In this document: one piece after another, positions 17,815-26,801 of the stretch
Layout of the letters: every line of letters begins with the position of its first letter
Position numbering within the stretch: position 1 is the first letter of the stretch
IMG/VR virus record: IMGVR_UViG_3300035664_000005
Coordinates: 1-64,000 of that record
From: a virus
Reading direction: 5' to 3' (one strand)
Length of the DNA stretch: 64,000 bases
Translations under genes and position numbers: made by a program
Notes under the pieces: generated by a model
Databases searched by the model: none
Told to the model about the DNA's origin: nothing
Seen by the model: the letters and a program-made list of their open reading frames with translations, nothing else

Positions 17815-18092
17815 TTATTATTTACCCCTTTCAGAGTTCTAGTATTTATCTAACATACCCATTATATACGAGTCTTAGTTGAAAAGCAACCTTAAAAAAA
17901 AATCTATATCCGCCACCGTTCAGGTTGGGGAACTTTGGTGCGATGCCTGCGTGTTGGGTGAGGGGGGGTGTCCCACTTCTGACTTCTGAGCCCCGCTCCG
18001 CTTCTTCACTTTTTTCCTTGGCGGGACTAAAAGACTTGCAAATGTTTGGGAACTCAGATAAACTAAAAAGAAATACTAGAAAAAGGAGTTTT

Positions 18093-18701
18093 ATGGCTCA
18101 AAAAGAATTAGAAGAACTCAAAGTTTTAGAAGAAGTCAGCAAACAATGGGTTTCGTGGGCGAAAAACAACAGCATTCGCAGGAACTCTTGCATTTTGGGT
18201 TGCAACTTTGCACATCAAATGTTGATCCGTTTGGATGTTGATCACGAAGTTCTTCCCGTCGGGACTACAGTCTTCAACCGACGAGGTTGGGAACTATTCG
18301 GGATCCCTGCGCACCGACTACCCGACGACGCATGGCAAGTAAATTGTTCTAGTCATTCTTTGGGTTCGGGTTTTAGCGGGCATGTCATAATCCAAACCAA
18401 GAACTACTTTTTTGACCCAACCGCCGTGCAGTTCTCACGACCTCAACACGACATTCATATTGATGAAACTTTGATAGTCCCGTTATCGGAGATGGAAGTT
18501 CACCAGCGAGGTTCTTCACCGCACGCAATACATCTACTTTACAGAACCGACGAGTTCCGCACTTTTCCGATTGGTTCGGGTTTGTATTCATACTTTTTGG
18601 AGAAATGGAACACTGTTTACCGAAGAGCACCCGATTGGAAAATATCACCGAAGGAGTTAGGCATACCTGACATTATTGCGGAGATGCGGAAGGGTATTTG
18701 A
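18093..18701 (+). CDS. hypothetical protein, possible transglutaminase/papain-like Cys-His-Asp fold
   Basis: NSCILGC ... GHVII ... FFDPT..QF; AAGGAG RBS before ATG 18093. Confidence 0.55.
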   Translation: MAQKELEELKVLEEVSKQWVSWAKNNSIRRNSCILGCNFAHQMLIRLDVDHEVLPVGTTVFNRRGWELFGIPAHRLPDDAWQVNCSSHSLGSGFSGHVIIQTKNYFFDPTAVQFSRPQHDIHIDETLIVPLSEMEVHQRGSSPHAIHLLYRTDEFRTFPIGSGLYSYFLEKWNTVYRRAPDWKISPKELGIPDIIAEMRKGI

Positions 18702-18766
18702 CTTTGTTACACCCCACCCATATAATGGTAGTTGTAATATAAACCTACTAAATAAGGAGAAACTAA

Positions 18767-18976
18767 ATGAGTAACTTTCCAACTTACATAGTTCTAGCGA
18801 CTGACCCGAAAGATCACTTGACACCCGAGTTCACTGAAGGGCATTACCAATATTGTGAATGGGTGATCTTTGACGGAGCACTAGGTGAAAAACAAGTTGA
18901 TGCAAAAGCACGAGAGTTTCGTGAAATATTCCATGAAGTCCAAGTCCGTGAAGTCGGAAAGATTACAGGTAAATAA
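18767..18976 (+). CDS. hypothetical protein
   Basis: TTGACT-N17-TATAAT promoter and AAGGAGA RBS. Confidence 0.75.
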   Translation: MSNFPTYIVLATDPKDHLTPEFTEGHYQYCEWVIFDGALGEKQVDAKAREFREIFHEVQVREVGKITGK

Positions 18977-18978
18977 TC

Positions 18979-19311
18979 ATGAACGAAAACAGTTACCGAA
19001 CAGCAAAAACAATTCTCATCACGGCGACAGTAACTATTGCGTCAGTATTCGCATTCAGTTTTCTGAAAGAACAGAACCGACAAGATAACGAGTTCTTTTG
19101 CAACGGAGCACCGATCACTATCAAAGAAGGAGACACTCTTTATTGGATAGCACGAGAAAACTGCGACGGAAACATTATGAATGTCGTGGACAAACTTGTT
19201 CTTACCTATGGAGCAGACTTGACCATTGGTGACACGATCTATCTACCGACTCACCCGAACTGTGAACTACGCATGACAGACGGCGGACAAGTAATGGAAG
19301 AGTGCAAATAA
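18979..19311 (+). CDS. membrane-anchored LysM domain protein
   Basis: N-terminal TM; IKEGDTLYWIA...L.IGDTIYLP. Confidence 0.75.
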   Translation: MNENSYRTAKTILITATVTIASVFAFSFLKEQNRQDNEFFCNGAPITIKEGDTLYWIARENCDGNIMNVVDKLVLTYGADLTIGDTIYLPTHPNCELRMTDGGQVMEECK

Positions 19312-19754
19312 TGAACATAGAGAAACTAGATAACCCATACACAACGGAGTGTCTTGACTGTGGGATAAACCTATGGTCACAGTACCTTCACTATCTAGGT
19401 ATGGACAACGACACTGCACAATGTGCGAACTGTCTAACAGCGAACCCTACTAAATACGAAAGATGGAGCGACATAGTATGAGCGAACAGAACGGACAACT
19501 ACCAACCTTTGGCGAATGGTGCGATCTGCATTCATTCAACCCCGATAACGACGACAACTTTAGTCTCTACCTAAATTGGTTACAGAGAGAAACGAGCAAG
19601 TAATGAACGACACCGAGCAAGCAATCGTTGAAGTAACCCTTGACGCATTGGACGAAACCGTAGATGAACTAGAGCGTCTAATGGCGTTACTAGCGGAGCG
19701 TCTAGGCGCAAAACCTGTCATTCATTACCAAGACAAGTAGATAAACTATGAGGA

Positions 19755-21698
19755 GTGTCAGATAAACGCCTCTACCTAGCCGACGACGATCTAATCTCTA
19801 CCTCGCCGTATGACCGAGGTGAAGTAGAACAAATAAAAGCGATACACGGCGCTAAATGGGACAAGGTAGCCAAAGTGTGGCGTATCCCAATGAGTTCAAT
19901 CGTTGAAGCCCGAGAGTTCGCTATGAGCAACGGGTTCACCATAGACCCGCAAGTGATGACCTTTGATCTACCCGAGAAACTAAATCCCGTATTCGGGGTA
20001 ACCCTTGAAGCCGACTTTATCTATATGTCATTCGGCTATGACCCTGTAAAAGTGAAAGCCGTCAAACAGATACCGAGCGTCACTTGGCACGCAAAAACTA
20101 TGGCGTGGAGAGCACCCGTAGCAAGTATCGCCGAGTGCATTGAATGGGCAAATAAGTTTAACCAACGAGTCCCCAACAACCTAAGCCAATTAGCCAAACA
20201 GATAAAAGAAACCCACGACGACTCAGTTCAGCAGTCCCGATCCACAGATGCGGATCTAGAAGTAGCGGGGCTACCACTTCTTCCATACCAGCGAGCCGGG
20301 GTGAAGTATGCATCAGCAGCGAAAAGATGCTTCATTGCTGACGACATGGGATTGGGGAAAACTTTGCAAGCGATTGCAACTTTGGAAAACACACCGAACT
20401 CGTATCCTGCGTTAGTTGTTTGCCCGCCGAACTTGGTTCTTAATTGGCAAAAAGAATACGGTAAATGGTTACCTGAAAAGAAGGTGGTGACTGTTACCGA
20501 CCGAAAAACTTTCCCTGAACATAGAGACTTTGATGTTCTTGTTATTGGATATTCTAACATTTCGCATTGGCAAAAGCAAATAACCGAATTCAAATCGTTC
20601 GTTTTTGATGAATCACATTACGTTAAATCACCAACGTCCCAACGCACCAAAGCGGCGATCAAGATTGCCCGCACAGCCCCGCAGGATGGCATCGTTTTGT
20701 GTTTAACAGGCACACCCGTAACCAACCGTCCGGCTGAATACGCCAGCCAACTGGACGTTCTCGGAAAACTCAACACGTTTGGTGGACTTTGGGGTTTTTA
20801 CCGACGGTATTGCGGTGCTTTTAGAGACAGATTCGGTCAATGGAACATCAGTGGGAACTCAAACTTAGATGAATTAAACGAAAGATTGCGTGGGAACTGC
20901 TACATCCGCCGAACGAAGGATCAGGTTTTAAAGGATTTGCCTCCCGTGCGTCACGCAAACATCATTGTTTCTGGATCACCAACGCAAATGGTGGAATATC
21001 AGAAAGCAGAGCGGGACATCGTAGAGTATTTGGTGGAACGCGCCAAGCAGATCGCGTTGGAACTGGGAACTTCGCCCGGATCGGCAGCCGTGCAAGCCAG
21101 AATGAAAGCCGAAGCGAACGAACATTTAGTGCGTATTTCTGTTTTGCGGAAGTTAGCGGCAAAGGCAAAGATGGACTCGGTTGTTGAGTTTATTGAATCC
21201 CACATTGAGGTTGGGTTGAAAGTGGTTGTTGCTGCTCACCACCGAGAGATCGTTGATGAACTTGCCAACAAGTTTGGGGGGTTGAAGATCCAAGGGGGGA
21301 TGCAGGTGTCTGAGGTGGAAGATGCGAAGTCCCGTTTCCAAGAACAATCAACTGAAGATGCACCCGTGATCGTTCTTTCCATCCAAGCCGCCAAAACTGG
21401 GCACACTTTAACGGCTGCCCAAGACGTTCTTTTTGTTGAACTTCCGTGGACACCCGCAGATGTAGACCAAACATATAGTCGTTGCCATCGGTTGGGACAG
21501 CAAGGTTCTGTTACCGCAACATACCTTTTGTGCGAAGGGACAGTTGATGAGGAGATTTATAATCTGATCAGCAGGAAACGTGGGGTTGTTGATGCGGCGA
21601 CTGAGGGCGGGACTGCCGATCGGAAGCAGGAATCGGTTGGGCAAATGATCGTTGGTCTGTTCGCACAGCGAGGATTGAAAAGCGCACAAAACCCTTAA
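19755..21698 (+). CDS. SNF2-family helicase (SMARCAL1/HARP-like)
   Basis: ADDMGLGKT, DESH, LTGTP, RRTK, Q..SRCHRLGQ; two N-terminal HARP-like repeats (KAIHGAKWD..KVW / KQIPSVTW...MAW). Confidence 0.92.
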   Translation: MSDKRLYLADDDLISTSPYDRGEVEQIKAIHGAKWDKVAKVWRIPMSSIVEAREFAMSNGFTIDPQVMTFDLPEKLNPVFGVTLEADFIYMSFGYDPVKVKAVKQIPSVTWHAKTMAWRAPVASIAECIEWANKFNQRVPNNLSQLAKQIKETHDDSVQQSRSTDADLEVAGLPLLPYQRAGVKYASAAKRCFIADDMGLGKTLQAIATLENTPNSYPALVVCPPNLVLNWQKEYGKWLPEKKVVTVTDRKTFPEHRDFDVLVIGYSNISHWQKQITEFKSFVFDESHYVKSPTSQRTKAAIKIARTAPQDGIVLCLTGTPVTNRPAEYASQLDVLGKLNTFGGLWGFYRRYCGAFRDRFGQWNISGNSNLDELNERLRGNCYIRRTKDQVLKDLPPVRHANIIVSGSPTQMVEYQKAERDIVEYLVERAKQIALELGTSPGSAAVQARMKAEANEHLVRISVLRKLAAKAKMDSVVEFIESHIEVGLKVVVAAHHREIVDELANKFGGLKIQGGMQVSEVEDAKSRFQEQSTEDAPVIVLSIQAAKTGHTLTAAQDVLFVELPWTPADVDQTYSRCHRLGQQGSVTATYLLCEGTVDEEIYNLISRKRGVVDAATEGGTADRKQESVGQMIVGLFAQRGLKSAQNP

Positions 21699-21825
21699 CC
21701 AGCAAGGAGTTCACCTAATGTTTGCTTGTTGGGACACCTATTTGCTATACTTAGAGATACAAGATTACTTGACATAGACGGGCACAAGAGACCCGAGACC
21801 TATCCCCAAACCGAAGGACAATCTT

Positions 21826-22389
21826 TTGATACGCAAAGCAACTTTTCTTATAATTGCCATATATGCCATAACCTTTCTTGCACCAATGGCGAAAGCATCA
21901 GCACCCGACGACTCTTCCAAGAAGCAGTTTGTCGCTTTAGCCCCGCTGAGCATCCCTCAGGTGGAGCGTGCAAATAAGCCAATAGAAACAGTGGTTTTTA
22001 TGCATGGAGACATAAGTTGGTTGCCGAAACTTGCACTAGAAGCAGGTTGGGAAGAGAAACATTTACCCAAACTAGGGCAAATCATCCTCCGAGAATCAGG
22101 CGGATGCCCGAATCGGATCGGAAGTTCTATTGTTGATAAGAACTGCAATATCATTGGTTACACGAAGGCGACGAATAAGTCGGACTCGGGACTGTTGCAG
22201 ATCAATGGCGTTCACTACGACCTGAAACGGAACAAGCGGGCGCTTGCGTGCACGAAAATGAATATTTGCACCCAAGAACCGTTGCTTGATGCAGTCACCA
22301 ACCTGAAGTTCGGAAAACTGCTTTTTGATGAGGCGGGCTGGGGTCCGTGGAATGTGTGTAATTGGAACCCGAAGGCAAAAGGCTGTTAA
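21826..22389 (+). CDS. secreted lytic transglycosylase (SLT/lysozyme-like) protein
   Basis: Signal peptide; RESGG catalytic Glu, DSGLLQIN, GWGPW. Confidence 0.8.
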   Translation: MIRKATFLIIAIYAITFLAPMAKASAPDDSSKKQFVALAPLSIPQVERANKPIETVVFMHGDISWLPKLALEAGWEEKHLPKLGQIILRESGGCPNRIGSSIVDKNCNIIGYTKATNKSDSGLLQINGVHYDLKRNKRALACTKMNICTQEPLLDAVTNLKFGKLLFDEAGWGPWNVCNWNPKAKGC

Positions 22390-22481
22390 TAAAGGAATAA
22401 TCTTCTTCGGAATAGTTGCTTTCTACCCTCAACTCGTATAAACTATCCTGTATAAACTAAACAGGAACCGAGGAGGTTCAA

Positions 22482-23507
22482 ATGGCAGCAAATATAGAAA
22501 TAAACAAAGATGGAGAAGCAAGGTTCGCATATGCGGGCAACCAAACTCCATGGCACAGACTCGGTAAACCGATGAACGGACTCCAAACCATTGACGCAAT
22601 GTTGGAAGCATCCCAAGCGGACTACCAAGTGTTACTCACCAAGATCGCAGTAGTGGACGACGAAGGGAACCTCATCAGGAACCCTGACGGCACACCCGTA
22701 GTCCTACAAGACGACAGGGCAACCGTAAGAATGAACGAAGATGGTTCGTTCTCACCGTTCGCAACCGTAGGCACTCGTTACGATGTCCGACAAAACCGTG
22801 AGGTTCTTGAACGAGCAATGGCAGTCGTAGGCGCATCAAAGGGCGACGCAGTGATTGACACCTGCGGAGTTCTCAAAGGTGGAGCACGATTCTTCGCAGG
22901 CATTGACTTGGGAACCCTCGTCATTGACCCAACGGGTGTGAACGACAGAATCGCACGATATCTAGTCGTATCTCACGGACACGACGGTTACTGGCCGATT
23001 CGGTATGCGAATACCGATGTTCGGGCAGTATGTCAAAACACCGTAATCATGGGAATCAAGAACGCAGAGCGACTATTCACTGCACGACATACCCGTAACG
23101 CAGACGAATACCTCAACACGGCACAAGAGGCATTACAGATCTCTACCGAGTGGGCGAAGTCGTTCAAGATTATGGCAGAACAAATGTTGGCAATTCCTGT
23201 CCCTCAGGCATCACAGCGAGTGGACAAGGTTCTCAACACAGTTTTCCCAATCAAAGCAACGGAAACAGATTCACAGCGACGCAATCGCGAAGATATCAAT
23301 GGAACTATTCGCGCGTTGTATGGTTCGCAAAAGAATGCGGGCGGTTACGGTTTCAACGGATGGAGTATCTACAACTCAGTAGTTGAATATCTTGACCACC
23401 ACCGTAAAGGTGACGCAAGTGACCGAGCATTGGCAACCATTGAAGAATATTCTTGGGTGAACAAAGCGAAGATCACAGCACAACACGCGGTGTTAGAACT
23501 CGTTTAA
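22482..23507 (+). CDS. DUF932 family (phage/plasmid-like) protein
   Basis: PWHRLG, VG.RY.V.QN, G.L.GG, HDG, VRAVCQNT, RHT, W..YN.V.EY.DH. Confidence 0.9.
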   Translation: MAANIEINKDGEARFAYAGNQTPWHRLGKPMNGLQTIDAMLEASQADYQVLLTKIAVVDDEGNLIRNPDGTPVVLQDDRATVRMNEDGSFSPFATVGTRYDVRQNREVLERAMAVVGASKGDAVIDTCGVLKGGARFFAGIDLGTLVIDPTGVNDRIARYLVVSHGHDGYWPIRYANTDVRAVCQNTVIMGIKNAERLFTARHTRNADEYLNTAQEALQISTEWAKSFKIMAEQMLAIPVPQASQRVDKVLNTVFPIKATETDSQRRNREDINGTIRALYGSQKNAGGYGFNGWSIYNSVVEYLDHHRKGDASDRALATIEEYSWVNKAKITAQHAVLELV

Positions 23508-23535
23508 CAATCTCACATCTCCTTGTTGAGGCAAA

Positions 23536-23563
23536 AATACCACCCCGACGCTGGGGTGGTATT
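23536..23563. terminator. hairpin terminator
   Basis: AATACCACCCC-GACGCT-GGGGTGGTATT. Confidence 0.65.
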
Positions 23564-23571
23564 CTTGTTTT

Positions 23572-24018
23572 ATGGATGAAACATCATGGGAAGATTTCAT
23601 AGGTAAAAAGATAGAGTTACCTCCATTAAACATCCCAAAAGACTTGTTAAGAGAGTTATCCGAGTTTGTTCAGAACGCTTTAGAGAAGGAGAATAAGTTA
23701 GTGAGCCTCACAGCGGAAGTGTTAGATGAGTTATACCGAGAGATAGATGACGATGATATCGCCGCCTCACATATCATTTCTTACCTACAACGCCGACACT
23801 ATTGGGATGTGGAATTACTCGCCGAACGCCAAGATGTAGACGAAATGCTGATGGCAAAACACAACATTTTTGACGAACATATGTGGGACAAAGTAATGAA
23901 TACGACCGCGATATCCGATCTTCACCACGAAACTTTCAAACTCTCCCAAAAATACATTGCACGCGCGATCGCAGAAGTATTGGCTAAAGACGGGACTGCT
24001 GAACAACCAGCGTTCTAA
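23572..24018 (+). CDS. hypothetical protein
   Basis: TATTCT-N6-ATG leaderless start. Confidence 0.65.
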   Translation: MDETSWEDFIGKKIELPPLNIPKDLLRELSEFVQNALEKENKLVSLTAEVLDELYREIDDDDIAASHIISYLQRRHYWDVELLAERQDVDEMLMAKHNIFDEHMWDKVMNTTAISDLHHETFKLSQKYIARAIAEVLAKDGTAEQPAF

Positions 24019-24269
24019 AGTAGATCTGCTTCTTCAAGCGGATCGCCATCAATGATCTCCAACTTCGCAGTGAACTTGGTTCCTTCTTCGTTATCCACCG
24101 AGACGACTTGGAACCCAAGCGAATCAAGCATCAAATCTGCTACCCCACCCATGTCGTCCTCAAATGTGGCGATTTCATCATCGGTGGTTTCGTCATCAAC
24201 TGCTAGGGACACAAGGATCTCCATCAGCAGGTCACGGACTTTTAGGCGGGTTTCTTCAGGTGTGAACAT
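24015..24269 (-). CDS. hypothetical acidic protein
   Basis: TAGTAT-N7-ATG start at 24269. Confidence 0.6.
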   Translation of the reverse strand: MFTPEETRLKVRDLLMEILVSLAVDDETTDDEIATFEDDMGGVADLMLDSLGFQVVSVDNEEGTKFTAKLEIIDGDPLEEADLL

Positions 24270-24353
24270 GGTTGCAATACTAGTCCCGCGTCGGCTATAG
24301 TTTTGGTAACTTCCCATCCATAAGGGTTGGGATTTACATTAGGAGGATACGAA

Positions 24354-24821
24354 GTGAGTGCATCACCCGTAACATTAATTGGGAATCTGACCGCAGACCC
24401 TGAACTGAAGTTTCTACCAACAGGAGTTGGTAAGTTGGCTTTCAGTATCGCAGTAAACCATTATTGGACTGACACAGATGGTGAAAAGCAGGAGAAAACA
24501 TCGTTCTTCAACATTGTTGCTTGGCGTAACCTTGCCGAAGATGCAGCGAATGTGCTTGCTAAGGGCGTTCGTGTTGTTGTAACGGGACGGTTGGAACAGC
24601 GTTCGTGGGACGACAAGGAAACAGGTGCAAAGCGTTCAACTGTTGAAGTTCTTGCCGACAACATTGGTTTGTCTGTTGGGAACATTGACTCGTTTGTTCG
24701 TAAGCAGAAGGCTGAAGGTTCATATACACCGAAGGCAAAGCCCGCAACGGCTACTGCACCTACGCGCAATAAGCCACAGCCGATGGCTCAAGTTCAACTT
24801 GAAGAAGAAGAGGCTTGGTAG
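24354..24821 (+). CDS. ssb: single-stranded DNA-binding protein
   Basis: VTLIGNLTADPELKF...W..LAE.....KG.RVVV.GRL.QRSW; AGGAGG RBS; actinobacterial-type SSB. Confidence 0.95.
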   Translation: MSASPVTLIGNLTADPELKFLPTGVGKLAFSIAVNHYWTDTDGEKQEKTSFFNIVAWRNLAEDAANVLAKGVRVVVTGRLEQRSWDDKETGAKRSTVEVLADNIGLSVGNIDSFVRKQKAEGSYTPKAKPATATAPTRNKPQPMAQVQLEEEEAW

Positions 24822-24885
24822 ATCCCGAAAAGAGTGGTTTTCGTCCCCAATAAGCACCAACCGTGATTGGCTTGGGGAATGAAAT

Positions 24886-25278
24886 CTATTCCGTGGTGAA
24901 TGTCCATCTCGTATCAACTTTTGATGCGAGATCCGCGAGTCGTGCTTTGCTCTCTGCGTCAGTGTTGCATGATTTGTAAATTTGTGCGGTTTCGTCGTCT
25001 ATCACGAAGTCGGTTTCATCACCCGAGACGGTTGAACGACTGAGAACGACATCGCCAACAATTACTTGTCCGAACAGGTAACTAATTGCGACATTTGGTT
25101 CTTGTTTGAGTAAGAGTCCTTCGTCGTGGACATATGCGTGGAAGTCTTTTCGGGTTGGGTGTCGCACGATATCAAACCATCCGCCCACCATGTGGTGAAC
25201 CATGATGTGTGCGTCTGTTACGGGTAGGTCAATGTGTCGCACTTCGCCGTTTGCTCTAACTAATACTGCTGATGTCAT
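24886..25278 (-). CDS. DUF3846-like protein
   Basis: VGGWF..V......YVHDEGLL...PN..........IVGDVVL. Confidence 0.7.
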   Translation of the reverse strand: MTSAVLVRANGEVRHIDLPVTDAHIMVHHMVGGWFDIVRHPTRKDFHAYVHDEGLLLKQEPNVAISYLFGQVIVGDVVLSRSTVSGDETDFVIDDETAQIYKSCNTDAESKARLADLASKVDTRWTFTTE

Positions 25279-25631
25279 TATTGTTCCTTAATTGTGTGGT
25301 CAAACTCTCGTTCACTGTTTTCGTGACGCTCAGGTAGGTGGAAGTCGTTTGAGTTTCTTTTGATGTGTGGTGTGCGTATTGCGTGCCAAATGAAGTGGAC
25401 ACCAAAGGGTTGCTTTTCATACCATGCGTATGCTTCTAATCCGTTGCTGAACGGACCATACAGTTTCATGGTTCTGTCCATGTAAATTATTGCCACCAAC
25501 GGTGTGTTTTCGTAAACTGAAGTTAGGTATTCGTATACCCGTGCTTTCTGTTCGCGATGCTTTTCGTTTTCTTCTTCTGCGAAGATATCCCATTCATCTA
25601 TGTATTGGCTCATCGGATTGCGTTCGCCCAT
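25278..25631 (-). CDS. hypothetical protein
   Basis: Operonic coupling; YGPF motif. Confidence 0.6.
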   Translation of the reverse strand: MGERNPMSQYIDEWDIFAEEENEKHREQKARVYEYLTSVYENTPLVAIIYMDRTMKLYGPFSNGLEAYAWYEKQPFGVHFIWHAIRTPHIKRNSNDFHLPERHENSEREFDHTIKEQ

Positions 25632-25879
25632 TCTTGTTCGCTGATCTGTTGCGGTTTCGCTACCACGACCGCATCGGTTTTGATGTTGTGTGCTGTTACT
25701 TTATTGCTTTGGATAAGTAGTGTGATATCACCCGAGTATTCATAGAAATAGTCGCCGAGGTCTACCGCACCGCATTTTGTATCTGCTACAAATTGTGCGT
25801 ATGCGAGTAGACGATCGGCTTCTGTTTCGTAATCGTCTTTCGGACGATCGGGGGGCATTTGCTCTTTTGGTTTACGCAT
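25610..25879 (-). CDS. hypothetical protein
   Basis: TAATG coupling. Confidence 0.6.
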   Translation of the reverse strand: MRKPKEQMPPDRPKDDYETEADRLLAYAQFVADTKCGAVDLGDYFYEYSGDITLLIQSNKVTAHNIKTDAVVVAKPQQISEQEWANAIR

Positions 25880-26703
25880 TACTCGTAACTTTCCAATAGT
25901 TGATTGAACTCCACGCCAAGTTGATAGTTGTATGCGTGTGTGTTTGCTGACATTAGTTCATCTTCTTGTTGGGAAAAGTCTAATATCAACACACTTTCGT
26001 CACCCATACCGTCGCGTCCGAGAACATTGACTTCAGTTTCGCCGTCCATCCAAGTTTCACGAACATGGTGGTGTCCGCAAATATGGAATTGTGGTGTTAC
26101 TTTGTCAAGGATTTCTTTTACAAGATGTCGTTGTGCGATGGATACTTGTAGATCATCCTTGTATGTGATTTTCTCTCCGTTGTTATACGGTGCGTCGTGA
26201 GTCATCAAGATGTCCACGGGTTGAGGTGAGAGTTCGTCTACATCAAACGGGTTGATAAGTTCACCCCTCCACCACGATTCGCCTTCAACACGGTCTAACC
26301 AATCAACTGAATACGCACCGCCGTAACCCATCAAGGTGTTACCCGCGATAGTGAAACGACATCCACGAGGAATGTATTGACACCACTCGTTAGGTGTGTT
26401 GATCGGATTATATTTTCCGTGTTTGTCGGTGAGGTCACGAAGTATGTCGTGGTTTTCGTGGTTGCCGTCAATCCAAAGGAACTTGATTTGTGCTTTTTCC
26501 GCGAGTTGTGCAACACGGTTTACGAACTTTTCTCCACGAGGTTGGTGAACCCAATATCCGAAGTCGCCTACGGAGATGATGTGTGTGCAACCTTGTTCGG
26601 ATGCGTGCTTGAATAACCACTCTGCGTGGATGGTGTCGCCGTGAATGTCACCCGCGAACAAAACTCTTTGATTTAGTTGTTTAGTGTTGTCTAGTTGTTT
26701 CAT
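25879..26703 (-). CDS. calcineurin-like metallophosphoesterase
   Basis: GDIHG, GDFG, GNHE, THDAP, GHHH; perfect TTGACA-N17-TATAAT promoter 26738-26710 with leaderless ATG. Confidence 0.9.
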   Translation of the reverse strand: MKQLDNTKQLNQRVLFAGDIHGDTIHAEWLFKHASEQGCTHIISVGDFGYWVHQPRGEKFVNRVAQLAEKAQIKFLWIDGNHENHDILRDLTDKHGKYNPINTPNEWCQYIPRGCRFTIAGNTLMGYGGAYSVDWLDRVEGESWWRGELINPFDVDELSPQPVDILMTHDAPYNNGEKITYKDDLQVSIAQRHLVKEILDKVTPQFHICGHHHVRETWMDGETEVNVLGRDGMGDESVLILDFSQQEDELMSANTHAYNYQLGVEFNQLLESYE

Positions 26704-26801
26704 ACTTCCATTATATAGCCTTACAGTCATATTGTCAAGCCCATAAACGCCCTATTTTGAGGCTTTCTGTGATATATCCCAAATTAAGGTAAGGTTGTCG
26801 T

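Larger units (their letters stand above)
1877..17933 (+). repeat. dispersed polar repeat motif A, consensus GGTTTATATACGCCACCGTTCAGGTTGGGGAAC, 10 copies
   Basis: Core CGCCACCG at 1882, 2167, 2613, 3165, 3741, 6773, 11155, 13390, 14982 (CGCTACCG), 17911; all same strand. Confidence 0.9.
6866..18028. repeat. dyad motif B AGCCCCGC-N15-GCGGG[AG]CT
   Basis: N15 at 11244, 11868, 13455, 15049, 15144, 16111; N16 at 6866; N24 at 17989; spacer sequences unrelated. Confidence 0.85.
5907..18726. promoter_or_regulatory. family of 12 promoters TGTTACACCC-N6-TANNNT
   Basis: Minus strand 5907-5928, 6616-6637, 9348-9369, 10170-10191, 10652-10673, 11516-11537, 12530-12551, 13222-13243, 14877-14898, 15958-15979, 17516-17537; plus strand 18705-18726 (with TTGACT -35); each directly upstream of a gene with an RBS. 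Confidence 0.85.

Noticed and set aside
1877-17933. Motif A as a CRISPR array or type I-E solitary repeat: its reverse complement begins GTTCCCC and ends ATAAACC(G), like the E. coli I-E repeat
   Set aside because: Copies are 0.3-4.4 kb apart with no spacers, the CCCCGC-N4-GCGGGG stem is missing, no cas genes are present, and ATAAACC is also common in this phage's mRNA leaders. A Racr-like role is not excluded but is unsupported.
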